A stretch of DNA of 64,000 nt, taken from positions 160,461 through 224,460 of the forward strand of contig JAERST010000024.1 in assembly GCA_016845365.1 (NCBI GenBank). Direction: 5' to 3'. Position numbers and translations under genes: made by a program. Positions 57,053 through 64,000 of the stretch are shown piece after piece. Below the pieces are notes generated by a model. It was not told the DNA's origin. It saw only the letters and a list, made by a program, of their open reading frames with translations, and searched no databases. Positions within the stretch are counted from its first letter, which is position 1. Every line of letters starts with the position of its first letter. This stretch comes from Methanobacteriota archaeon. Its GTDB lineage: Archaea > Thermoplasmatota > Poseidoniia > Poseidoniales > Thalassarchaeaceae.

Positions 57053-57688
57053 TCAGAAAAATGGATGGAGCAGTAGAAGCGCGATGAGAGGGAAGAGAAT
57101 CATCGTGGCGTTATCGTCTATCCAGTGAACTCGTGGAACCTCTCCTGCGACCGTTAGTGGAGCAAGCAGAAGTGCGGCAATGAATGGAGTCGAAAATAGG
57201 GCAGCGCTCGCCATCCAGATTGTGAATGATACAGCTAATCCGACGATTACCGCTCCGCGCATTCCGAACTTTGCTCGCTTGACCTCGCCCATGATTGGGT
57301 CGACGAATGTAAGTCCGCAGATGATTGGGATGGTGTACATGCCCGCGTCCAAACCGTCCCCCTCCTGTGGTGCGAGAATCAGGGTCAGGCAGACCGCAAT
57401 GGCTCCCCAGGCCAGCGCGCTGATTTGTTTTGCTTCGTACTCGCGCTGGCCGACGATGATGATGCCGAATTTGAGTCGAATTGCTTCGAGGACGACGAAG
57501 AATACTCCGACCGCGATGACGAATTCGCGCGGCGTCATCGACAATGTTCCGGCGATGGTATCGCCCCAGAGGTGGTAAGCGAATGGAATCACACACATCG
57601 AAACGTGGGTGAATCGACGGAACCAATGTCCACCAGAACCACCGACGGAATGTTCTGCATGGTCGATATCAACGGGTATCTCGTTCAT
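57053..57688 (-). CDS. Hypothetical polytopic membrane protein (possibly a polyprenol/dolichol kinase-like or CTP-transferase-like enzyme; unconfirmed)
   Basis: Six or seven TM helices with conserved-looking charged loops. No motif securely recognised. Confidence 0.35.
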   Translation of the reverse strand: MNEIPVDIDHAEHSVGGSGGHWFRRFTHVSMCVIPFAYHLWGDTIAGTLSMTPREFVIAVGVFFVVLEAIRLKFGIIIVGQREYEAKQISALAWGAIAVCLTLILAPQEGDGLDAGMYTIPIICGLTFVDPIMGEVKRAKFGMRGAVIVGLAVSFTIWMASAALFSTPFIAALLLAPLTVAGEVPRVHWIDDNATMILFPLIALLLLHPFF

Positions 57689-57733
57689 TCAATTCTGTCT
57701 CCTCGTCTGTGGGTTAATCCACATGTCCTTGAT

Positions 57734-58612
57734 TTAGTTCCCATTCTTGATTTGCGCGACCGCTTCTCGCAGCGTTATGCTTCCGGCTTCTAATGCCGCG
57801 AGCGTGTCATCAAAACCGCTGGAAGTCAGCAGCGCCGAATCCCACGCGGAAATTAGACGCTCGCGAACGCGTAACCGTTCTCTGTCAGGAGTTGTGGACG
57901 TCTCGGCCAAGGCGTCGATCATCTCTGCTACACCTTCTCCGGAGTGGGCCGAGACGAGAAGAACATCGGGAGTGTTCTCATCAGAGCCAACCAATAGAGC
58001 AGAAATCACCGAATTCGCTGCACGCTGAGCATCGGGCAAATCGGCCTTATTGATCGCGATAAGGTCGGCCAGTTCCATGATTCCAGCCTTCTCAGCTTGA
58101 ATGATATCGCCTCGGTCCGGCCCATCGACGAGCAAGATTCGGTCGGCAAATGCGACGACGCGAATCTCTGATTGGCCAGCGCCGACCGTCTCGATGAGGA
58201 TGTTCTGCCAGCCACAAGCGGCCAGAACATCGACCATCGGTGTCAAACAATCCATCAAGCCACCCGGATGGTTCCGAGTGGCTAGAGAGCGAACGAAGAC
58301 TAAATCTGAAGAATCCGCATTACTCATACGCATTCTATCACCCAAGAGAGCACCGCCGCTTCGCGGTGAAGAAGGGTCAACGGCTAGCACAGCAACCGAT
58401 TCACCGCGCTCAACCCAGACATCTATCATCCGCCCGATAAGCGTAGATTTTCCGACGCCGGGCGGGCCGGTGATGCCCAGAGATGAAGCCGAGCCGAATT
58501 CGACTGGGGATTCAGCCCCTTCTTCGATCAGACTGAGAAGGCGAGAGAGCGAGCGTCGTTCACCGGACTTTGCCGATTCAAACAACTCTGTGACCTCGCT
58601 CACCAATGCCAC
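57734..58612 (-). CDS. meaB: Methylmalonyl-CoA mutase-associated GTPase MeaB/ArgK
   Basis: P-loop [12 protein letters not shown] and the G3/G4 regions of the MeaB family. Overlaps the mutase small-subunit gene. Confidence 0.85.
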   Translation of the reverse strand: MALVSEVTELFESAKSGERRSLSRLLSLIEEGAESPVEFGSASSLGITGPPGVGKSTLIGRMIDVWVERGESVAVLAVDPSSPRSGGALLGDRMRMSNADSSDLVFVRSLATRNHPGGLMDCLTPMVDVLAACGWQNILIETVGAGQSEIRVVAFADRILLVDGPDRGDIIQAEKAGIMELADLIAINKADLPDAQRAANSVISALLVGSDENTPDVLLVSAHSGEGVAEMIDALAETSTTPDRERLRVRERLISAWDSALLTSSGFDDTLAALEAGSITLREAVAQIKNGN

Positions 58613-59034
58613 CCAGCCTCTTCTCCGACGCCGGTGGCTTCCCCAGCCTCAGCTCGGTCCTCGAGTTTAGAAAGGAAATCGAGAATTTCTCCCGTCGTCG
58701 TCCCAGGCCCGAAAACAGCTCGGACCCCCTCTGCAAACAGACGGGGCCGGTCGTGTTCCGGAATTATTCCTCCAGCGAACACGACCACATCATCCATCCC
58801 GGCCTCTCGTAATCCCTCACAAACGCGCGGAATCAAAACGCCGTGAGCACCAGAAAGCGACGAGAGGCCGACCGCAGCCGCATCCTCATCGATTACGATG
58901 CGAACTATCTCGGCTGGAGTCCTGCGCAGTCCGGTGTAGATTACCTCGTGCCCCCCATCCCGAAGTGCCCGTGCGATGACTTTGGCACCCCTATCGTGCC
59001 CGTCTAACCCGGGTTTGGCGACCACTATCCGCAT
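58600..59034 (-). CDS. Methylmalonyl-CoA mutase, cobalamin-binding small subunit
   Basis: B12-binding DxHxxG motif (LDGHDRGAK) and Rossmann-like fold. 144 aa. Confidence 0.85.
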   Translation of the reverse strand: MRIVVAKPGLDGHDRGAKVIARALRDGGHEVIYTGLRRTPAEIVRIVIDEDAAAVGLSSLSGAHGVLIPRVCEGLREAGMDDVVVFAGGIIPEHDRPRLFAEGVRAVFGPGTTTGEILDFLSKLEDRAEAGEATGVGEEAGWHW

Positions 59035-59152
59035 GTCTCAGTCGCTTGTGCCACCACTCTGATGGCCTTCAAGCAACCGATTGCGAGCAAAAGCAGACTG
59101 CTGTCTGAAAGGGAATGCTCATGGGCGGCTTATCCTCGTTGCACCGCATACG

Positions 59153-60706
59153 ATGTCTGGTGTGAAGGAACGCATCGATGACTTGCGCCGCCGCAAGGCG
59201 CAGGCTGAGGCTGGCGGCGGCCAGAAACGAATTGCTGCACAACACGCGCGCGGGAAGATGACCGCGCGCGAGAGAATCGAACAATTGTTGGATGAGGACT
59301 CCTTTGTCGAGGTCGATGGGCTAGTCGAACACCGTTGCCGAGATTTCGATATGGACCGCAACGTGATTCCGGGTGATGGGGTCGTTTGCGGGCACGGAAC
59401 AATCGGTGGTCGCACCGTGTATTGCTTCGCCCAGGATTTCACCGTTTACGGAGGTTCATTGGGCGAAATGCACGGTTTGAAGATCTGCAAAATACTCGAT
59501 ATGGCTCTCAAAACGGGCGCTCCTGTGATCGGTCTGAACGATAGCGGAGGCGCCCGAATCCAAGAGGGCGTAGCGAGCCTTGGATCCTACGCTGAGATAT
59601 TCTTCCGTAATGTGCGCGCCAGCGGTGTGATTCCACAAATTTCTGTAATTATGGGTCCATGCGCTGGCGGAGCGGTCTATTCACCAGCCATTACCGACTT
59701 TGTGGTGATGGTTGACCAGACAGCACACATGTTCATCACGGGCCCTGAGGTAATCAAGACGGTGACCAATGAGGAGGTCACATTCGAAGACCTCGGCGGA
59801 GCAGGAACGCATGCGAGCCGCTCCGGAGTGACTCATTTTACCGCCGAGGACGACGAGGAGGCATTGGATCTAGTTCGCGACCTCGTCGATATGCTTCCTC
59901 TCAACAACTTAGAGAAACCTCCAACCAAAGACTCGGCAGACCCCTTCGACAGGGTCTGCGAGTCCCTAGACGACCTAATCCCCGACGATTCGACAACTCC
60001 GTACGATATCGTCGATGCAATCGAAGCTACTCTCGACGATGGTGCATTCCTTGAAGTCCAAGCCGATTTCGCAGGAAATATCGTCGTCGGCTTCGGGCGA
60101 CTCGGCGGACACACAGTCGGAATCGTCGCCAACCAACCAAAGGTATTGGCGGGCTGCCTCGATATCGACGCCTCGGTCAAGGCAGCCCGATTCGTCCGCT
60201 TCTGCGACGCTTTCAACATCCCACTCCTGACCTTTGTCGACGTTCCCGGATTCCTACCCGGCGCCAGCCAGGAGTGGGGCGGTATCATCCGCCACGGTGC
60301 GAAGTTACTCTACGCCTACGCAGAAGCGACAGTCCCCAAACTCACGGTAATCACTCGCAAAGCCTACGGAGGCGCATACGATGTGATGAGCAGTAAGCAC
60401 ATCCGCGGCGATTACAATATTGCTTGGCCTACCGCCCAGTTAGCGGTAATGGGAGCAGAGGGCGCAGTGCAAATCATCCACAGGCGAAGAATCGGCGCGG
60501 CAGGAGACCCCGATGGTGAGCGTACTCGTCTCATCGACGATTACGAGGACACATTCGCAAATCCATACCGAGCAGCATCTTTGGGCTACCTAGACGATGT
60601 AATCCAGCCAAGAGAAACACGAGAAAAGCTCACCAAGGCGCTGGGCGCTCTCCTCGAGAAAGAGGAGATTCGCCCAGCACGAAAACACGGCAATATTCCA
60701 TTGTGA
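59153..60706 (+). CDS. pccB: Propionyl-CoA/methylmalonyl-CoA carboxyltransferase (biotin-dependent carboxylase beta subunit)
   Basis: Two crotonase-like carboxyltransferase domains, highly conserved throughout (e.g. [21 protein letters not shown]). Start set at MSGVKERI. Confidence 0.9.
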   Translation: MSGVKERIDDLRRRKAQAEAGGGQKRIAAQHARGKMTARERIEQLLDEDSFVEVDGLVEHRCRDFDMDRNVIPGDGVVCGHGTIGGRTVYCFAQDFTVYGGSLGEMHGLKICKILDMALKTGAPVIGLNDSGGARIQEGVASLGSYAEIFFRNVRASGVIPQISVIMGPCAGGAVYSPAITDFVVMVDQTAHMFITGPEVIKTVTNEEVTFEDLGGAGTHASRSGVTHFTAEDDEEALDLVRDLVDMLPLNNLEKPPTKDSADPFDRVCESLDDLIPDDSTTPYDIVDAIEATLDDGAFLEVQADFAGNIVVGFGRLGGHTVGIVANQPKVLAGCLDIDASVKAARFVRFCDAFNIPLLTFVDVPGFLPGASQEWGGIIRHGAKLLYAYAEATVPKLTVITRKAYGGAYDVMSSKHIRGDYNIAWPTAQLAVMGAEGAVQIIHRRRIGAAGDPDGERTRLIDDYEDTFANPYRAASLGYLDDVIQPRETREKLTKALGALLEKEEIRPARKHGNIPL

Positions 60707-61009
60707 GGCAAACGGCATGGCGCGGAAGAAAGACAAGTATCTCGCTGCTGCGATTCTTGCAGTAATGCTGGAGGAAGCAAGCGGAGAATCGCTTGCTCCC
60801 AGCGAAGGTCGCGAGGGTGGCGATGCTTGGTCTCGCGACCACCGCCGTTCACTCATCGGCCGCAGAAATCTATTCCGCGCGCGCACACGAAGAAGCACCA
60901 CTAGGTGAATCGATAAGAGCCAAAAAGAAGCACACCGAGGTGAAACGATGAATCCCAGCAAAAAGTGTAGATCATCTGATCACATCCAGAAGGTTACAGA
61001 GGTGGCAAA

Positions 61010-61417
61010 ATGGTAACTCGCAAGGTGAAGGTCGACGGTGAAGAATTCGAGGTCGAACTCGAAATATCCGAAGGCGTCTGGAACGTCACCGTCGCTGGCA
61101 AAGAATTCCAGATAGAAGTCGAAGGAGGGTCCGCTACCGAACAGGGTGCGAAAAAGCGCAAGCGAAGCGGGCGAGGCAAGAAGTCAGGAACAATCTCCTC
61201 GTCAATTCCAGGAAAAATCGTCTCAATTTCAGTCGAAGAAGGCCAAACCGTCGCAGAAGGCGATGTAGTCATGATTCTGGAAGCGATGAAAATGCAAAAC
61301 GAAATTCACGCTCCACTATCGGGAACAGTCTCTGCGGTCAATTGCCAACCGGGCGATAGTGTCGAAGCGAATACCCCTCTGGTGGTCATTACGCCCGAAG
61401 AAGACAAAACTGAGTAA
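61010..61417 (+). CDS. Biotin carboxyl carrier protein (biotinyl domain)
   Basis: C-terminal biotinyl domain with EAMKMQNEI (biotinyl-lysine in AMKM). Ala/Lys-rich linker. Confidence 0.85.
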   Translation: MVTRKVKVDGEEFEVELEISEGVWNVTVAGKEFQIEVEGGSATEQGAKKRKRSGRGKKSGTISSSIPGKIVSISVEEGQTVAEGDVVMILEAMKMQNEIHAPLSGTVSAVNCQPGDSVEANTPLVVITPEEDKTE

Positions 61418-61430
61418 GTATTGAGGTGAG

Positions 61431-61664
61431 ATGATGGCGACCTGCGACTACCCAGAATGTGAGGTTGAAGGAGAGAAAATCAGTCGGCTTTCTCCTGAGG
61501 GATTCCTCGTCGCGACGGGAAAAAAAGCCTACTCTTTCCGTGAGGCATACCGACGATTCCACTACTGCAAGGAGCATCACGACGAATTGATGACGAATGT
61601 TTGGAATCGCGTTCGTTCGAAGGATGACAAAGAGGACGACCACGTCGCTCCGACCGCAATCTGA
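61431..61664 (+). CDS. Small Cys/His-rich hypothetical protein
   Basis: 77 aa with CDYPECEVEG...HYCKEHHDE, possibly zinc-binding. Between BCCP and thrC. Confidence 0.3.
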   Translation: MMATCDYPECEVEGEKISRLSPEGFLVATGKKAYSFREAYRRFHYCKEHHDELMTNVWNRVRSKDDKEDDHVAPTAI

Positions 61665-61696
61665 GTTCGTCTGGCTCGACATATTGATGGGGCTGT

Positions 61697-62941
61697 TTGG
61701 CGAGAGCGGGCTCGATGCCGACCGACTTTGTGACCCACCTCGAATGTGCTTACACAGGGGAAGTGCTTGAGAAAGGGCAAGTCTACACCCTATCCTCGGC
61801 GGGGAAACCACTGCTCGTGAGGTACGACCTCGCCCGAATGCGGGATGAGGTGAGCCGGGATTCGATTGAGGGTTCTGGTGAGGCGGGGTTTTGGCGGTAT
61901 TCGCCGCTATTGCCTGTTGTCGATGAGGCGAATCGAGTTAGTTTGGGCGAGGTTATCACTCCGCTCATTGGGTTGGAGCGGAGTGTCGAGCACCTTGGCG
62001 TGAGTGCATGGAAGGTGCTCGTCAAGGATGAGTCGCGCCTACCTACCGGTTCGTTCAAGGCGCGAGGATTGTGTTTGGCAGTCTCGATGGCGAAAGAATT
62101 CGGTTTGGGGCATTTGGCGATTCCAACCAATGGGAATGCTGGGTCTGCCCTCGCCGCTTACGCTGCTCGCGCGGGAATGCGAACAACTGTGCTTTGTCCG
62201 GATAATACACCGGTGATCAACACCTCAGAGACTTTGGCTCAGGGAGGTGACACCTACCTTGTCAACGGCTTGATTGGGGATTGCGGGAAGATAATCGCCG
62301 AGGGCAAGGAATCGCTTGGTTGGTTTGCTGTTTCGACTCTGAAAGAGCCTTATCGTATCGAGGGCAAGAAAACCATGGGGCTTGAATTGGCCGAGCAACT
62401 CGGTTGGGATTTGCCGGACGTAATCTTCTATCCCACGGGTGGTGGGACTGGATTGATTGGCATGTGGAAGGCATTTCACGAGTTGCTCGAATTGGGATGG
62501 ATCGATTGTGCGCTGCCGCGGATGGTTGCTGTACAATCGACGGGCTGCGCCCCGATGGTTAAGGCATGGGAGGATGGTGTTGAGCATGCTGATTTCTGGG
62601 AGGATGCTGAGACTGAGGCGAGTGGGATTCGCGTTCCGGCGGCGATTGGAGATTTCTTGATTTTGCGAGCTGTACGCGAATCGAATGGTTTCGCCATCGC
62701 GGTTTCTGATGAGGATTTGATGGATGCTCGCGACCGCATCGGTCGCGAGGACGGCCTGCTTCTGTGTCCGGAAGGTGCAGCCACCTTCGCTGCCTATGAG
62801 CAGGCTCTCGAACGAGGACTCGTCTTGAAGGAAGACCGAGTCGTCCTGTTCAATACGGCGACCGGACTGAAATATCCAATGCCAGAGGTCACCGAGCGCA
62901 TCGATAAGGATGCGCCATTCAACGCCGATAGATTCCGCTGA
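61697..62941 (+). CDS. thrC: Threonine synthase (PLP-dependent, fold type II)
   Basis: PLP-lysine region FKARGLCLAVSMAKEFG, glycine loop, and the TS-specific N-terminal domain. Confidence 0.75.
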   Translation: MARAGSMPTDFVTHLECAYTGEVLEKGQVYTLSSAGKPLLVRYDLARMRDEVSRDSIEGSGEAGFWRYSPLLPVVDEANRVSLGEVITPLIGLERSVEHLGVSAWKVLVKDESRLPTGSFKARGLCLAVSMAKEFGLGHLAIPTNGNAGSALAAYAARAGMRTTVLCPDNTPVINTSETLAQGGDTYLVNGLIGDCGKIIAEGKESLGWFAVSTLKEPYRIEGKKTMGLELAEQLGWDLPDVIFYPTGGGTGLIGMWKAFHELLELGWIDCALPRMVAVQSTGCAPMVKAWEDGVEHADFWEDAETEASGIRVPAAIGDFLILRAVRESNGFAIAVSDEDLMDARDRIGREDGLLLCPEGAATFAAYEQALERGLVLKEDRVVLFNTATGLKYPMPEVTERIDKDAPFNADRFR

Positions 62942-62956
62942 CTAGCTCAAACGGGC

Positions 62957-63619
62957 TCAGATCAATCCAAGCGCATCTTCGATGCGATTCAATTCGGGTC
63001 CGGTAGAACCCGACCCCACTAGAGCATGTGTGTCGCTGGCGACACACCCGGCACCGACGTAAGGAGAACCGAAGCAGACGGTGCCGACCATAACCGGCGC
63101 CTGCATCACCTCAGCAATCTTCTCAGCCTCCTCGGCTGAGATGTCTGGATGAGCGAGAATTCCCTTGTTATTCGCGACGGTCAGTGACCCCACCGTCTCC
63201 TGTCCAGCGATTTTCGAGCGAACGGCGTCAACCTTCAGGACCTCACCAATCATCTCGGCCCCTGGACCTGGAATCACAGGACTGACTATCGCACCATGGT
63301 CATTACAACTCAACAGATTACCAGCAGCGTTGACTCCACTCTCAAGAACCACGAGGTCGCCAAAGCTGCTCAATTCGTCCAAATCAGCCTCGGTTGCAAT
63401 ATCGGCCACTGCCAACCCTTTGGAATTGCCACGAACCAGCGAGCCGAGCAAAGCCGAACCGCCGATCAAGCATGGATGCATTTCCATCTCAAAGGCTGCA
63501 GCCAACTCGTCAATAGCCGGCTGGTCCAGCGAAGATGGATGGAATAGAACATCACCGACGACGCTCAAATAGACGCCAACTTGGGCGTGTCCGAGTATGT
63601 CGCCGGTCGAGATTCCCAT
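62957..63619 (-). CDS. Translation initiation factor 6 (aIF6/eIF6)
   Basis: Five-fold pseudo-repeat with recurring G(S/N)x(V/L)xxN(N/D)xG(A/I)(L/I)(V/A)xP units (VGSLTVANNKGILAHPDIS, AAGNLLSCNDHGAIVSPVI, LLGSLVRGNSKGLAVADI). Confidence 0.8.
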   Translation of the reverse strand: MGISTGDILGHAQVGVYLSVVGDVLFHPSSLDQPAIDELAAAFEMEMHPCLIGGSALLGSLVRGNSKGLAVADIATEADLDELSSFGDLVVLESGVNAAGNLLSCNDHGAIVSPVIPGPGAEMIGEVLKVDAVRSKIAGQETVGSLTVANNKGILAHPDISAEEAEKIAEVMQAPVMVGTVCFGSPYVGAGCVASDTHALVGSGSTGPELNRIEDALGLI

Positions 63620-63691
63620 GGGCTCACCTATGTCGGTCTGTATGGATGGCTTCGCCCATGGTGGATGAATGTTGATGCGGGGAGGTGAAGG

Positions 63692-63818
63692 AGAGTGGCA
63701 CAGCGACGCAAGTTCCCGTGGGCTCTCGCACCACAGTACAGAATACGACGCAGGAGGACTTGACTTCCGGGTTCGATATGGGACCGGGTATTACCCCTCC
63801 GCTCTGGCCGTGCACAAC
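63692..63818 (-). rRNA. 5S ribosomal RNA
   Basis: The reverse complement reads ...CCCGGUCCCAUAUCGAACCCGGAAGUCAAGUCCUCCUGCGUCGUAUUCUGUACUGUGGUGCGAGAGCCCACGGGAACUUGCGUCGCUGUGCC..., which aligns along its length with archaeal 5S rRNA (loop C CCCAUxCCGAACxCGGAAGUxAAG; helix IV/V GUACUGxxGUGCGxGAGCC). The terminal helix I pairs GGAGAGUUGUGCAC with GUGCCACUCUCC. The ends are approximate. Confidence 0.75.
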
Positions 63819-64000
63819 TCTCCTTCGAATGTAATTGGTGATAGAATCGAATCTGCCTATTGGACAGAGGCCCACACAAAATTGGTGTGGGCAAGTAGAA
63901 AGATGAATGCTCGGGGGGTTAGTGCAGCTGGGCTGAACACCTCGGCGAACCTCGGTGCTTACACCCGCTGTCTATCAAACTCGTCTTCTACGAGTCCCCT

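Noticed and set aside
63624-63894. Two minus-strand ORFs (83 and 88 aa) upstream of aIF6, initially considered as rpl31e
   Set aside because: The region encodes 5S rRNA on the same strand. The translations show no L31e similarity.
1-64000. CRISPR arrays, transposases, integrases or toxin-antitoxin pairs
   Set aside because: None of these were seen. No regularly spaced short repeats. No DDE, tyrosine-recombinase or HEPN/PIN-like ORFs. The only integration-like signature is the tRNA-Pro 3' repeat, reported separately.

Overview
This 64 kb window looks like an archaeal chromosome segment, most likely from a Thermoplasmatota-like lineage; the acidic proteomes and bacterial-type lipid and ThyA/DHFR genes are reminiscent of marine group II (Poseidoniales-like) archaea. 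That call rests on four observations in the sequence: the RNA polymerase B subunit is unsplit, the A subunit is split into A' and A'', a 5S rRNA gene sits unlinked from 16S/23S, and the proteins are acidic. The lineage assignment is an inference.

The core is a minus-strand RNA polymerase operon, tRNA-Lys–rpoH–rpoB–rpoA1–rpoA2–rpl30e. Both rpoH and rpoA'' carry an extra N-terminal helix-hairpin-helix-like domain followed by an Arg/Lys-rich linker, and rpoA' carries a ~140-residue Cys-containing insertion. The usual downstream genes (nusA, rps12, rps7, EF) are missing. Their place is taken by a 321-aa unknown protein and a cluster of four paralogous COG1340-like coiled-coil proteins with basic tails, a large exported protein with cytoplasmic double zinc ribbons, a 573-aa membrane protein and a DtxR regulator.

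A second notable locus (49.7–56.0 kb) encodes a Rieske/cytochrome b6-type complex. Its subunit-IV-like membrane protein is fused, across an extracytoplasmic acidic domain, to a cytoplasmic HdrD/GlpC-like 2x[4Fe-4S] + 2xCCG module. A ferredoxin follows, and a secreted Cys-X-Cys-His domain protein precedes it; that protein has a paralog next to tatC at 3.0–4.0 kb.

Housekeeping content includes PntAB transhydrogenase, malate dehydrogenase, aCPSF1/FttA, proteasome beta, SepF-like protein, a ZPR1 zinc finger, TrpRS, bacterial-type PlsC, ThyA+DHFR, LemA, MTAP, ribosomal S3Ae fused to a C-terminal SAP motif, 7Fe ferredoxin, PdxS, a methyltransferase–BirA fusion, a short divergent FtsZ-like GTPase, Ogt, MeaB, the methylmalonyl-CoA mutase B12-binding subunit, propionyl/methylmalonyl-CoA carboxyltransferase, BCCP, threonine synthase, aIF6, tRNA-Pro and tRNA-Lys. 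No transposases, integrases or CRISPR arrays were seen. Many of the listed ORFs in the track are antisense or overlapping artefacts.
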